Shown here in pieces: positions 26,497 to 36,149 of a DNA stretch of 64,000 nt. The stretch comes from Candidatus Woesearchaeota archaeon (lineage in GTDB: Archaea; Nanobdellota; Nanobdellia; SCGC-AAA011-G17; GW2011-AR17). The translations under genes and the position numbers were made by a program. The notes below the pieces were generated by a model. The model did no database searches, was not told the origin of the DNA, and worked only from the letters and a program-made list of their open reading frames with translations. The stretch is taken from the NCBI GenBank assembly GCA_016235495.1, contig JACRKH010000021.1, forward strand, positions 14,725 to 78,724, in the 5' to 3' direction. Within the stretch, counting starts at the first letter, position 1, and every line of letters starts with the position of its first letter.

Positions 26497-29385
26497 ATGG
26501 ATGCATTCCTAGAGTTCTATTCGAGAAAAGAGATACAGGAAGCAATACTTTCTATTTGTGAAGATAGAGAAGTCGCCCCTCGATATAATCAAGGATTCGG
26601 CAGAAGGCCGGATATTATTCAGTATCCAGGGGATATTCTAGAGATGGCAAAAAAAGGTGCGACATCCTTTCACATATCTGAAGAGCGCTGGAATAGTCCT
26701 TTGGATCTCAAGCCAGGCATGGCAAAGAAAGATCTTGATGAAAATAGAAAAGGTTGGGATCTTTGCCTTCCTGATTTTGAGAAGATTCATATTATTGAAG
26801 ATGGCCACCTTAAACAGGTTCAAATTGATTATTTAAATAAATTTAAAGGCAAACAAATAGGGGAAGGGGAGTATCTTTTAAATAAAGACATAAAAATTCT
26901 AAGCCTTAACCCTAAAGATTATAAAATCCAACTTGAGAAAGTTACAAAATTCTATATACGAGAGAAAAGACCCCAAGAAAAAGTATTTAAATTAACAGTC
27001 GAAGATGGGAGAATAGCATGGGTAAGCGAAGATCATCCTTTACTGGTTTTCACAAAGGAAGGAATGAAAGAAAAAGTTGCAAAGAGAATAACTTCTGAAG
27101 ATTATCTTATTATAAGCACAAAAATCCCTTCTCAATTCAAATCCCAAGAATATAACCTATTAGATGAAATTTACAAAAAGAAGGAAAGATTTTCTTATAT
27201 GGTTGGGAAAACAATCTTAGTGAACAAATTTTTAATTAAAAACAACAAAAATAATAAGCTGCAAATAAAATCAACAATATCAAAGTATCTTGGTAAGCGG
27301 GGAATACCTATTAATTTTTTTCCTCTTTCAATAAAAAAGCAAAACCTTAGCATAGGAATGAGGCATTGTAAGAATTTTATACCTTCTAGAATAGACTTGA
27401 CGAGGGATTTTGGGTTCTTAGTAGGTATATATCTTGCTGAGGCAGCATCAGGAGGAACTCGTATAGAATTTGCATTGCATCTTAAAGAAAGAGATATAGC
27501 TGAAAGAATAATTTCGATAATTAATAAAACTTTTTCTACACATTTCCTAGCAGAATCTTGTATAGAGCAAAATCAAGAAAATGGCATTCGTGTGAGGATA
27601 AATAGCAAATTATTAGATACAATATTTGTAGACATATTGGCTCTTGGGAAATTAGCATACCACAAAAAAATTCCTTCATGGATATTCAACGCAAATACCT
27701 CTTTTATAGATGGTTTACTTGAGGGTTATTTTGTTGGAGGTGGGCATTCAAGACTAGACTCCAATGGAAAAAGCCTTACCTTTAGCGTTATAAGTGTGAG
27801 CAAGGATCTAATAGAAGGAATATCTTTATTACTCCAAATCAAAGGCATAAATTATAAGATAAGAAAAGATCTCCCTCCTCAAAAAGGAGGTAAAGGTAAG
27901 CATAAAAGGAATATCCTTGCTATTTGTGGAGAAAAAGATATATCCTTGTTATATCAATCTTGCCCAGAGATATTCTTAAGAAAAAGATTATATCTCACTA
28001 GAAAGATTATAAATCATCCTTCATTACATGAAAAGTATCCTCCATTTTTTGATAAAACTAAAGTTACCTATAAATATCTAAAAAATGAAGTTCAAAGAGT
28101 TAACTTTCTTAGAGCTATACGCACTAAGGCAAGGGTAAATGAAAAACTAGCAAAAATAGCCGCAAATTCACATCTATCTAAGATTATGAAGAGCAATGTT
28201 TTTCCCATTCGTTGTAAGAAAATTGAAGAGTTTTCCTATAAAGGGCTTCTCTATGATATCCAAACAGAAAAGAATCATAATTTTCTTCAAGGTGATGGAA
28301 TTTTTTCACATAATTGTTTAGACATAGACACCCCTTATTGGGATTATGCAAAATGGACTGCATACTACCTTGTTGAAGCCCTCAAATTTCATGATGTTAA
28401 AAGTATTTCTATAAAATTCTCTGGAGGAAAAGGCTGGCATATTCTTGTTCCCTTTGAAGCATTCCCTGATGAAGTGAATGGAATAAAAACAAAAAATCTT
28501 TTTCCTGAAGGCCCAAGAATAATTACTGCATACCTAGAAAATATGATTCGTGAAATGCTCACAAATAAAATTTTAGAGAAAGAAGACATCGCCACAATTT
28601 GCCAAAAGACAGGCAAAAAAAGAGCAGAGATAATGAAAGACAACAAATTTGATCCCTTTTCGCTCATAGAAATAGACACAGTGCTTATTTCAAACAGGCA
28701 TTTATTTCGTGCACCATTCTCCATGCATGAAAAATCAGGATTAGTTTCTATTCCCATACTTCTAAATCATATTCTCGATTTTGACAAACGAGAAGCAGAG
28801 CCAAAGAATGTAAAAAAAATTCTTCCCTTCTTGGAAAGAGAAAAAGTAAAAGGCGATGCAAAAAGCCTCATTATCCAAGCATTCGATTGGTGGGGGAAAG
28901 CCCATGCAAAGACAGGTCCAGATAGTATAGCAGCAGAAAAACAAGAATATTATCTTCCCAAGTCCGCAATAATCGAGGCCTATTTCCCTGAATGCATAAA
29001 GAAAATGCTTTCCAATAACCTCGCAGATGGAAAAAAGCGTGCATTATTTGTTTTAGTAAATTTCCTAAACCACATGGGCTGGAGAGAAGAAGATATAAAA
29101 AAGCGCCTTCTAGACTGGAATAGCAAACAGCCTAGTCCTCTACCTCCTTCCTACATTCTTGGACAGCTTTCCTGGCACAAAAAACAGAAAGAGCATATTT
29201 TGCCGCCAAACTGCTCAAATAAAGCATATTATCAGGATATGGGCCTAGCTTGTCCTCCTGCAGTCTGTGCAAGGTACAAAAACCCTGTGAATTGTGCAGT
29301 CCAAACAGAACGCAGAGCAAGAGAAGCAGAGGCTCGGCAGAAGCCCAAAAAAGAGTTGAAAAAGCCTGAAACCAAGCCTTTATAA
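26497..29385 (+). CDS. priS: DNA primase small subunit PriS interrupted by a large intein, with a Cys-rich C-terminal extension
   Basis: Extein motifs GATSFHISEERW, LCLDIDTPYWDYAKW (DxD) and FSGGKGWHILVPFEAF (SGGRGYH). The 517-aa insertion carries intein blocks. Confidence 0.8.
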   Translation: MDAFLEFYSRKEIQEAILSICEDREVAPRYNQGFGRRPDIIQYPGDILEMAKKGATSFHISEERWNSPLDLKPGMAKKDLDENRKGWDLCLPDFEKIHIIEDGHLKQVQIDYLNKFKGKQIGEGEYLLNKDIKILSLNPKDYKIQLEKVTKFYIREKRPQEKVFKLTVEDGRIAWVSEDHPLLVFTKEGMKEKVAKRITSEDYLIISTKIPSQFKSQEYNLLDEIYKKKERFSYMVGKTILVNKFLIKNNKNNKLQIKSTISKYLGKRGIPINFFPLSIKKQNLSIGMRHCKNFIPSRIDLTRDFGFLVGIYLAEAASGGTRIEFALHLKERDIAERIISIINKTFSTHFLAESCIEQNQENGIRVRINSKLLDTIFVDILALGKLAYHKKIPSWIFNANTSFIDGLLEGYFVGGGHSRLDSNGKSLTFSVISVSKDLIEGISLLLQIKGINYKIRKDLPPQKGGKGKHKRNILAICGEKDISLLYQSCPEIFLRKRLYLTRKIINHPSLHEKYPPFFDKTKVTYKYLKNEVQRVNFLRAIRTKARVNEKLAKIAANSHLSKIMKSNVFPIRCKKIEEFSYKGLLYDIQTEKNHNFLQGDGIFSHNCLDIDTPYWDYAKWTAYYLVEALKFHDVKSISIKFSGGKGWHILVPFEAFPDEVNGIKTKNLFPEGPRIITAYLENMIREMLTNKILEKEDIATICQKTGKKRAEIMKDNKFDPFSLIEIDTVLISNRHLFRAPFSMHEKSGLVSIPILLNHILDFDKREAEPKNVKKILPFLEREKVKGDAKSLIIQAFDWWGKAHAKTGPDSIAAEKQEYYLPKSAIIEAYFPECIKKMLSNNLADGKKRALFVLVNFLNHMGWREEDIKKRLLDWNSKQPSPLPPSYILGQLSWHKKQKEHILPPNCSNKAYYQDMGLACPPAVCARYKNPVNCAVQTERRAREAEARQKPKKELKKPETKPL
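26764..28314 (+). mobile_element. Intein (517 aa) with a LAGLIDADG homing-endonuclease domain, inside priS
   Basis: It starts at Cys (tgc, 26764) and ends at HN (aat, 28312-28314) followed by Cys. Block B is VSEDHPLLVF. LAGLIDADG-like motifs are LVGIYLAEAASGG and IDGLLEGYFVGGGHS. The terminal block is LLYDIQTEKNHNF...GIFSHN. Confidence 0.8.
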
Positions 29386-29400
29386 AGAGGCTCTATTCGA

Positions 29401-29736
29401 ATGTATAATATGACATTTGATGATAATACAGCAAGGAGAGCACTGCAGATAGTTTCTCCAGAGATAACACTTGAAGGAACAGAAACTGCAGAAAAAGTAG
29501 AATCATTGCTAGAAAAAGCAATAGAAAATAACTTTTCTCATCTTTTAAGAATCTGGAAACAAAGAGGAGAAGTTTCCTTGATGTCTCTCATTTACAATCT
29601 TCCTGCGAGCGATAGATTTAGAGAATCAGTAGAAGAATACGAAAATGTAGTCTATGCAGCCGCAGCTGTAGTACTTCAAAGAAATGATTTTACCTATAAT
29701 CAAGAAAGATCAACCTGGTATTACAACAAAGCTTAA
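29401..29736 (+). CDS. Hypothetical protein, 111 aa
   Basis: An open frame between priS and the Cas4-like gene. Confidence 0.3.
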   Translation: MYNMTFDDNTARRALQIVSPEITLEGTETAEKVESLLEKAIENNFSHLLRIWKQRGEVSLMSLIYNLPASDRFRESVEEYENVVYAAAAVVLQRNDFTYNQERSTWYYNKA

Positions 29737-29760
29737 GAAAGAGCTTTTATTCTTAAAACT

Positions 29761-30582
29761 ATGATTAGTGTCACAGACCTTACTTCGTACATGTATTGTT
29801 CGAGAAAATTATACTTTACAAAAGTCTTAAGAATTCGTGAAAAACCAAAAGAAAAAACAATCAAAGGAACCATTAAGCATCAAGTCTATGATTTGGTAGG
29901 AAGAGAGAACAAAAATATTATTCTGGATTTTACTGCAAAAGAATCTCTGGAAGAATTAGAAATGCGTTTTCGTCGAGTATACTATAAAACATTAATGTTC
30001 TGCATTCAGAGAGCAAAATCGGACTTAGAAGCACAGAAGCTAAAAATGCTTGAACTCTATCAGGAACTCTGGCCATTTTTTTTAGAAGAAGCAAAAGAAC
30101 AAAGTTCTTTCTTTTTTCAATTTGCACAGGAAAAAAATTGTTATGGAGAACAGCTTTGGTTAGCACTTCCCAAAGCAGTATCTGAGCTAAGAATTGTTTC
30201 AGAAAATCTTCGCTTGGTTGGTGTAGTGGATAAACTAGAACTGGAAAAAGATTTCACTCCTGTGGAAATAAAAACAGGAAAAGCACCTAAAGATGGAGTC
30301 TGGAAAGATAACATGGTGCAGCTTGGTGCCTACATGCTTCTTCTCAGCGAACATTATGGCAAAGAAATTAAGGAAGGCTTTATCGACTATAAAGCGATCA
30401 ACGAACGCAGAAAAATCACCATGAATCCTTTTCTCAAAGATGAAATTATAGCATTGATAGACCGAGTCCACATACTTCTCACACAAAAGGAACTTCCTGA
30501 AAAAACCAAAGATGAATGGAAGTGCAAAATATGTGGGATTCGAGAGGAATGCTTCAAAGAAGAAAAGCCAAAAGCTTTATAA
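29761..30582 (+). CDS. Cas4-like / DUF83 RecB-family nuclease with a 4Fe-4S cluster
   Basis: An N-terminal Cys (YMYCSRKLYF) plus a C-terminal C-x2-C-x5-C (CKICGIREEC). Nuclease motifs are VDKLE...VEIKTGK and QLGAYMLLL. Confidence 0.7.
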   Translation: MISVTDLTSYMYCSRKLYFTKVLRIREKPKEKTIKGTIKHQVYDLVGRENKNIILDFTAKESLEELEMRFRRVYYKTLMFCIQRAKSDLEAQKLKMLELYQELWPFFLEEAKEQSSFFFQFAQEKNCYGEQLWLALPKAVSELRIVSENLRLVGVVDKLELEKDFTPVEIKTGKAPKDGVWKDNMVQLGAYMLLLSEHYGKEIKEGFIDYKAINERRKITMNPFLKDEIIALIDRVHILLTQKELPEKTKDEWKCKICGIREECFKEEKPKAL

Positions 30583-30584
30583 AT
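30575..30584 (+). promoter_or_regulatory. TATA box (ctttataaat) about 22 nt upstream of the 5S rRNA
   Basis: Identical to the TATA motif upstream of tRNA-Tyr. Confidence 0.5.
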
Positions 30585-30603
30585 GCCAGATTAATTCTCT
30601 AAG

Positions 30604-30724
30604 CTGTGAGCGGCCATAGTGGCCTGGTACCACCTGTTCCCATTTCGAACACAGAAGTGAAATAGGCCGACGTTCCGTTGCTGTACTGCATTAAATGCGG
30701 GAAACTCGGTTCGCTGCTCCACCT
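30604..30724 (+). rRNA. rrf: 5S ribosomal RNA, stand-alone
   Basis: GCGGCCATAGTGGCC...CCATTTCGAACACAGAAGTGAAATAGGCCGAC...GTACTGCATTAAATGCGGGAAACTCGG matches the 5S consensus (loop C/helix III motif, GTACTG). The 5' and 3' ends pair (gagcggc/gctgctc). A T-run terminator follows. Confidence 0.8.
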
Positions 30725-30789
30725 TTTATTTTTTTAACTGGTACTCAAGCATAGCAATTCTTTTAAGTATTCTTTCTCCAAACAAAGAA

Positions 30790-31986
30790 ATGCTCTTCGC
30801 ACATTTCTCAGATTGCCATGTAGGTGGATGGAAAGAGGAAAAACTCAAAGATTTGAATATGCAATGTTTTAAGCGTGCAATTGCTTTGGTCATTGAAAAG
30901 CAAGTTGACTTCCTTCTCATCTCTGGAGACCTTTTCAACACAGCCCTGCCACAGATAGACTATATAAAAGAATGCACTTCTGAATTAAAAAAACTCAAAG
31001 ATAAAAACATTCCGGTCTATATGATTGCAGGCTCTCACGATTACTCTCCTAGTGGAAAAACTATGTTAGATGTTCTCGAAAAAGCAGGGCTCATTATGAA
31101 TGTCATGCAGTTCAATGAAGATGGCACATTAAAATTCACTGAAGATAAATCTGGAGCAAAAATTACAGGCATGCTCGGAAAGAAAGGAGGCTTAGAAATC
31201 AGTGACTATGAAACACTAAACACAAAAAGTCTCGAAGAAGAACAAGGCTTCAAAATTTTTATGTTCCACACTGCTATCAATGAATTCAAACCGCAGGGTC
31301 TCGAAGATATGCCAGGTGCAGCCCTTGCGACACTGCCCAACAACTTCCATTATTACGCAGGCGGGCATGTGCACTACATTTTCCAAAAGAATTTCGGGCA
31401 AGGAGTCCTCACTTTTCCCGGCGCACTCTTTCCAAACAACTTCAAAGAAATGGAAGAGTGGCAGAACGGCGGTGTCTACTTTGTCAATGAAAAAACAGAA
31501 TGGAACTATGTTCCCATTAGATTAAAAGAAGTGGTTACATTTAGTCTCGATGTATCAAATCTCAGTCCTGAACAAGCCACAGCAAAAATAATTGAAGAAA
31601 TAAAAAAGAAAGACACGAAAGATGCAATTGTAACCCTCCGTGTGAAAGGAGAGATTGATGGAAAGACTGCTGATCTGAACTTTAAAGAGATTATGGAACA
31701 TTTACAAGGGGCTTATTTTGTATTAAAGAACACAGCAAAGCTGCAGTCAAAATCAACACAAGAAATAACTATGAAGCTTGGGACAATAGAAGAGATCGAG
31801 CAAGAAATTCTTCAAGAATCAAAACAAGAAATCCCACTTAAAGATTTTTCGAAAGAAAAAGAAGATGCTTTTACCATAGATCTCATACAACTTCTCAACA
31901 AAGAAAAGGAAGATGGAGAAAAAGTAGCAGATTTTGAAAAGAGAATAATCTCGGAAGCAGTGAAGGTGCTGGAAATTGAGAATTAA
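30790..31986 (+). CDS. mre11: Mre11 DNA double-strand-break repair nuclease
   Basis: Phosphoesterase motifs HFSDCHVG, GDLF and GSHD. Confidence 0.85.
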   Translation: MLFAHFSDCHVGGWKEEKLKDLNMQCFKRAIALVIEKQVDFLLISGDLFNTALPQIDYIKECTSELKKLKDKNIPVYMIAGSHDYSPSGKTMLDVLEKAGLIMNVMQFNEDGTLKFTEDKSGAKITGMLGKKGGLEISDYETLNTKSLEEEQGFKIFMFHTAINEFKPQGLEDMPGAALATLPNNFHYYAGGHVHYIFQKNFGQGVLTFPGALFPNNFKEMEEWQNGGVYFVNEKTEWNYVPIRLKEVVTFSLDVSNLSPEQATAKIIEEIKKKDTKDAIVTLRVKGEIDGKTADLNFKEIMEHLQGAYFVLKNTAKLQSKSTQEITMKLGTIEEIEQEILQESKQEIPLKDFSKEKEDAFTIDLIQLLNKEKEDGEKVADFEKRIISEAVKVLEIEN

Positions 31987-34027
31987 CAAAATTAAACTAG
32001 AGAATATTCGAAGTTATGTCTCTCAAGAAATTATTTTTCCCGAGGGGAAAGTACTGCTTTGGGGGAACATAGGCTCTGGCAAGAGCAGTATTCTCCACGC
32101 AATAGACTTTGCTCTCTTCGGTCTGCAGCGCTCTGAACTCGCAGGTGCATCACTCTTAAGAAATGGCACTGATGAAGGCACTGTAGAACTCTTCTTCTCC
32201 ATTGACGAAAAGGACTATGTGATAAAAAGAACCCTAAAAAGATCAAAATCTGCAGTCACACAAGATGCAGGATATATTATTCGCAATGGAATAAAGGAAG
32301 AAAAGACAGCAATAGAGCTCAAACAAATAGTTTTAGAATTACTCCATTATCCCAAAGACCTCATTACCAAAAACAAGACTCTTATTTATCGTTACACAGT
32401 CTACACACCGCAGGAGGAAATGAAAACAATCCTTCTTGGAAGCAAGGAAGAAAGACTGGACACTTTAAGAAAAGTATTTGCCGTGGACAAGTACAAAAGA
32501 ATCAAAGAAAATGTCAAAATTATTGTTTCAGATATGAAAGAAAAGAAAAAACTCTATGAAGGCGCAACAGTAGACATACAAGAGAAAATTATCGATAAAG
32601 AAAAAAAATCCCAAGAAAAAATTATCCTTGAGAAAAAACTCACAGAAATACTCATCCCATTAGAAGAACTAAGCAAAATGGTTCAGACAAAAAAAGAAGA
32701 GCTTATACTCCTTGAGGGAAAACGAGAAGAGATTCTCAAAGAAAAACGAGAACTATTTCTTTGGGAAATCGAGTGCAAAAATAAACTAAAAGAAAAAGAA
32801 GAAACAGAACAAAAAATATCTCTTCTCCAACAAGAAATAGTTATTTTAGAGAAGGAAAACCTAGAAACTCCTGATGTAAAAGAGAGTCTTTCAAAAGGAA
32901 ATGAATTGCTCACAGGAAAAGAAAAAGAGCTTCGTGAAATTCTTAACAAAATCCAAGATTGTAAAACCAGGAAAGCTCATGCACTTCTTATCAAACAAAA
33001 GGTAGAGAGTCTTGAGAAATGCCCCACATGTCAGCAGAAAGTTTCGCCTGAACACAAGCATAATATTATCGAAAAAACAAATGCAGAAACGCAAAATCAT
33101 GATAGTGAAATAGCCATTCTCGAAAAGAATCAGCAAACTAGAGAAGAAGAAATGAGAGATCTCCGGGGAGAAATAGATTTACTTCGGAAAAAAGAAAGCG
33201 AAGCAGCAATAAACCTAATGAAAAAGCAGCAACTGCTTAAAAAACGGGGAGAGTGTTTTGAGCTTATGGAAAAACTAACAGGAAATAAAAAATCCCAAGA
33301 GGAACTGAACACAAAAATAGCGGAAGCAAAGGAAAAACAGAAAGATACAGAAACATTAGAAATTTTATACATTGCAAACAAACAAGAAGCAGAACAGCTC
33401 CAGAACAAATATCACACACTCAACCTAGAAAAGGCAACAGTAACTGCAACACTGAACCATTATACACAGACCCTCAATCAATTAACAGAGGAAATTCAAA
33501 AGAAACTAATATTAAGAGAGAAAAAAGAATACCTCAATAAAATTCAATTCTGGTTAACAGATTCCTTCACGCCCTTGTTAGATACAATGGAAAAAAACAT
33601 CCTCTTCAAAGTGCATGCAGAATTCAACAGCCTCTTTGAAAAATGGTTTTCTATACTTATCGACAACCAAAGCCTGCAAATGAGTTTGGATGAAGACTAC
33701 TCCCCAAAAATTCTGCAGAATGACTATGATATCGAGTATGAATATCTTTCTGGTGGAGAGAAAACAGCAGGTGCCTTGGCATACAGATTAGCATTGAACC
33801 AAGTTATTAACAACATGAACACAGGAATAAAAACGAATGACCTCTTAATATTAGACGAACCAACAGATGGCTTTAGTCACGAACAATTAGACCGATTAAA
33901 GATTCTCATGGAAGAAATAAACATTCCACAAATAATTCTTGTCAGTCATGAGGCGCAGATAGAATGCTTTGCTGATCACATTCTTCGCTTTGAAAAACAA
34001 AACCATATCACAAGCCTTGTATCCTAA
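31976..34027 (+). CDS. rad50: Rad50 ATPase
   Basis: Walker A (GNIGSGKSS), long coiled-coil, zinc hook (CPTCQQ), signature (SGGEKTAGALA) and Walker B (LILDEP). It overlaps mre11 by 11 nt. Confidence 0.85.
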   Translation: MRINKIKLENIRSYVSQEIIFPEGKVLLWGNIGSGKSSILHAIDFALFGLQRSELAGASLLRNGTDEGTVELFFSIDEKDYVIKRTLKRSKSAVTQDAGYIIRNGIKEEKTAIELKQIVLELLHYPKDLITKNKTLIYRYTVYTPQEEMKTILLGSKEERLDTLRKVFAVDKYKRIKENVKIIVSDMKEKKKLYEGATVDIQEKIIDKEKKSQEKIILEKKLTEILIPLEELSKMVQTKKEELILLEGKREEILKEKRELFLWEIECKNKLKEKEETEQKISLLQQEIVILEKENLETPDVKESLSKGNELLTGKEKELREILNKIQDCKTRKAHALLIKQKVESLEKCPTCQQKVSPEHKHNIIEKTNAETQNHDSEIAILEKNQQTREEEMRDLRGEIDLLRKKESEAAINLMKKQQLLKKRGECFELMEKLTGNKKSQEELNTKIAEAKEKQKDTETLEILYIANKQEAEQLQNKYHTLNLEKATVTATLNHYTQTLNQLTEEIQKKLILREKKEYLNKIQFWLTDSFTPLLDTMEKNILFKVHAEFNSLFEKWFSILIDNQSLQMSLDEDYSPKILQNDYDIEYEYLSGGEKTAGALAYRLALNQVINNMNTGIKTNDLLILDEPTDGFSHEQLDRLKILMEEINIPQIILVSHEAQIECFADHILRFEKQNHITSLVS

Positions 34028-34081
34028 ATATAGTTTCAATCTAACAAAAAGTATTTAAATCTACAAACAATAAGAGCCCTC

Positions 34082-35545
34082 ATGAAAAGAGGCATATTCA
34101 TAGTTCTACTCGTAGTAGTACTCTGTTCTGCAATCACACTGGCAGAAGAAGGCATATCTATCTCAGAAATCAACGCATCAAAACAAGTTGAGCCGGGGCA
34201 GACTGCAGTCTTCAACCTTCTTCTCACAAATGATGGGTCAAAGGAATACACTGTGCAGATACAAGGCGACCCCTATGTTGGTCTTCCATCCAGTGACTTT
34301 GATTACCTCTTTATCAACCCAACCATTATTACTCTCACTGGCCACGAACAAAAAGAAATTACAGTATCCACAAAACTAAAATCAACAGTTCTCCGTCAGA
34401 AAAGATACAAAACATATGTGACTGCAACTGCACTCAATCATGATGGGGTTTCAGCAACATATGATTTAGAAGTCTTCGCAATGCCTCCGCAGAGTGCAAT
34501 AACCATTTCTCTTCCAAGCCCGGAAACAAAAGTAGGCCCTGGTGGAATATTCGCATTAAAAATGACTTTAAAGAACAATCTGCAGGACAACTTGCACAAT
34601 ATTGATGTTCATGTGACCAGTGACCTGTTTAACGACCAGCAGACCATAGAACTCTTTAAAGGCCAGTCAAAAGATTTAGAATTTGCTCTTCCCATCTCCA
34701 AAGATGCAGCGCCAAAATCCTACTCCTACAATGTAAGAATTTATTTTGACAAAGAACTGCAGGGAAGCAATCAAGGAACAATTACTGTCGATGAGAATCT
34801 AAATGTTTCACAGCACACAGAAACAAGTTCTGGTTTCTTGTACACAGAACGAAAAACAACATTCATTAACAATGGAAATGTAGAAGTCAGCGATTCCTAT
34901 TTTGAGGAGCCATCAACAATAGCAGCCTGGTTCACATCCTATTCCTTGGATCCAAACTATGATGATGAGCTGGGAAGGCCAACATGGACCTTTACTATTT
35001 CCCCAAGCCAGTCCATAACCATTACAAGCAAAGAAGACTATAGATCATTGCTTTTTGGTATCATTGCACTTATACTCTTGGGAATCATTGCATATTATCT
35101 TTTCATAAAAAGAGTAACAGTAAGAAAAGAAGTATTCAAACTCAAATACAGCGTTGATGGGGTGTCAGATTTCAAAGTGCTCTTGCATGTGAAAAACAGT
35201 ACAAACAAACCAATAAAAGATGTTACTATCATTGATGTACTTCCTAAACTCATCCAGCCGAAGACCAACTTTGGAACCTTGCATCCAAGTGGCATTGAGC
35301 GCGGGGACAAAGGGATTCGTATGATGTGGAAGATTCCAGAGCTGGTAAATGGTGAAGAAAGAGTAATCTCCTATGAAGTAGAAGCACAGTTCAAAGTGAT
35401 TGGAGAAATTACCCTGCCAAATGCAACAGTCAAATACAAGAACAAATCTGGAAGAATCATCCATGTTCGTTCTAATAGTGTCAACTTCCTCTCTGGCATT
35501 GCCGAGACAGTAAAGAAAAGATTTAGGAAAAAGCAGAAAGAATAA
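34082..35545 (+). CDS. Secreted/surface protein with a signal peptide, beta-rich ectodomain, one TM helix and a C-terminal domain
   Basis: A signal peptide (MKRGIFIVLLVVVLCSAITLA) and an internal TM (LLFGIIALILLGIIAYYLFI). Confidence 0.5.
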   Translation: MKRGIFIVLLVVVLCSAITLAEEGISISEINASKQVEPGQTAVFNLLLTNDGSKEYTVQIQGDPYVGLPSSDFDYLFINPTIITLTGHEQKEITVSTKLKSTVLRQKRYKTYVTATALNHDGVSATYDLEVFAMPPQSAITISLPSPETKVGPGGIFALKMTLKNNLQDNLHNIDVHVTSDLFNDQQTIELFKGQSKDLEFALPISKDAAPKSYSYNVRIYFDKELQGSNQGTITVDENLNVSQHTETSSGFLYTERKTTFINNGNVEVSDSYFEEPSTIAAWFTSYSLDPNYDDELGRPTWTFTISPSQSITITSKEDYRSLLFGIIALILLGIIAYYLFIKRVTVRKEVFKLKYSVDGVSDFKVLLHVKNSTNKPIKDVTIIDVLPKLIQPKTNFGTLHPSGIERGDKGIRMMWKIPELVNGEERVISYEVEAQFKVIGEITLPNATVKYKNKSGRIIHVRSNSVNFLSGIAETVKKRFRKKQKE

Positions 35546-35546
35546 A

Positions 35547-36005
35547 ATGGATATTGCTAGGGGTAAACCCGCGGGTAAAAAACAAAAAGTAGTCTTGTCC
35601 AAAATTTGGGGATGGACAATCTTAATAGCATTAGTTCTTTTGGATGCGTTTCTCGATGTAATTTTTACAAAAGGAAAGGGGCTTGAAAGTCCAGTGTGGA
35701 AGCCAATAGCAAATCTACTAGGAGTAAGCAATCCTCTTTTTTTAACCCCTCTTGTTATAATAATATTCTATTTTGGAGTTAAAGGTGGGGCTTGGTTATC
35801 TGAAAAAGTAGATAAAATCCCAGCTCAAACCGAAGAATTAGTCTTAACAACCATGGTTATTGTCTATGGTGTTTTTGACTTGTGGCTCATTTCAGTTTAT
35901 CTCTTTAATTTTACATTATTCAAAAATCATTATTATTTAATTCCAATACTTATTACAATTGGAATAGCTTATAGCTGGTGGGCTGAAAATAAATTAAAAA
36001 AATAA
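35547..36005 (+). CDS. Small 4-TM membrane protein
   Basis: Hydrophobicity pattern. Its start is 2 nt after the upstream stop. Confidence 0.4.
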   Translation: MDIARGKPAGKKQKVVLSKIWGWTILIALVLLDAFLDVIFTKGKGLESPVWKPIANLLGVSNPLFLTPLVIIIFYFGVKGGAWLSEKVDKIPAQTEELVLTTMVIVYGVFDLWLISVYLFNFTLFKNHYYLIPILITIGIAYSWWAENKLKK

Positions 36006-36116
36006 AAAATCAACTCAGAGAGCACTTAGCCCCTCCTTTCTGCAGGGCTTAACCACATTGGCAAACTTTGCCTAACACAAAAAACCCAGACAATGTAGCA
36101 ATAAGCAGGGAGCAAA

Positions 36117-36126
36117 CTTTATAAAT
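36117..36126 (+). promoter_or_regulatory. TATA box (ctttataaat) about 24 nt upstream of tRNA-Tyr
   Basis: The sequence motif and spacing. Confidence 0.5.
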
Positions 36127-36149
36127 CGCCACTTTTTTAACTTAGCTAC

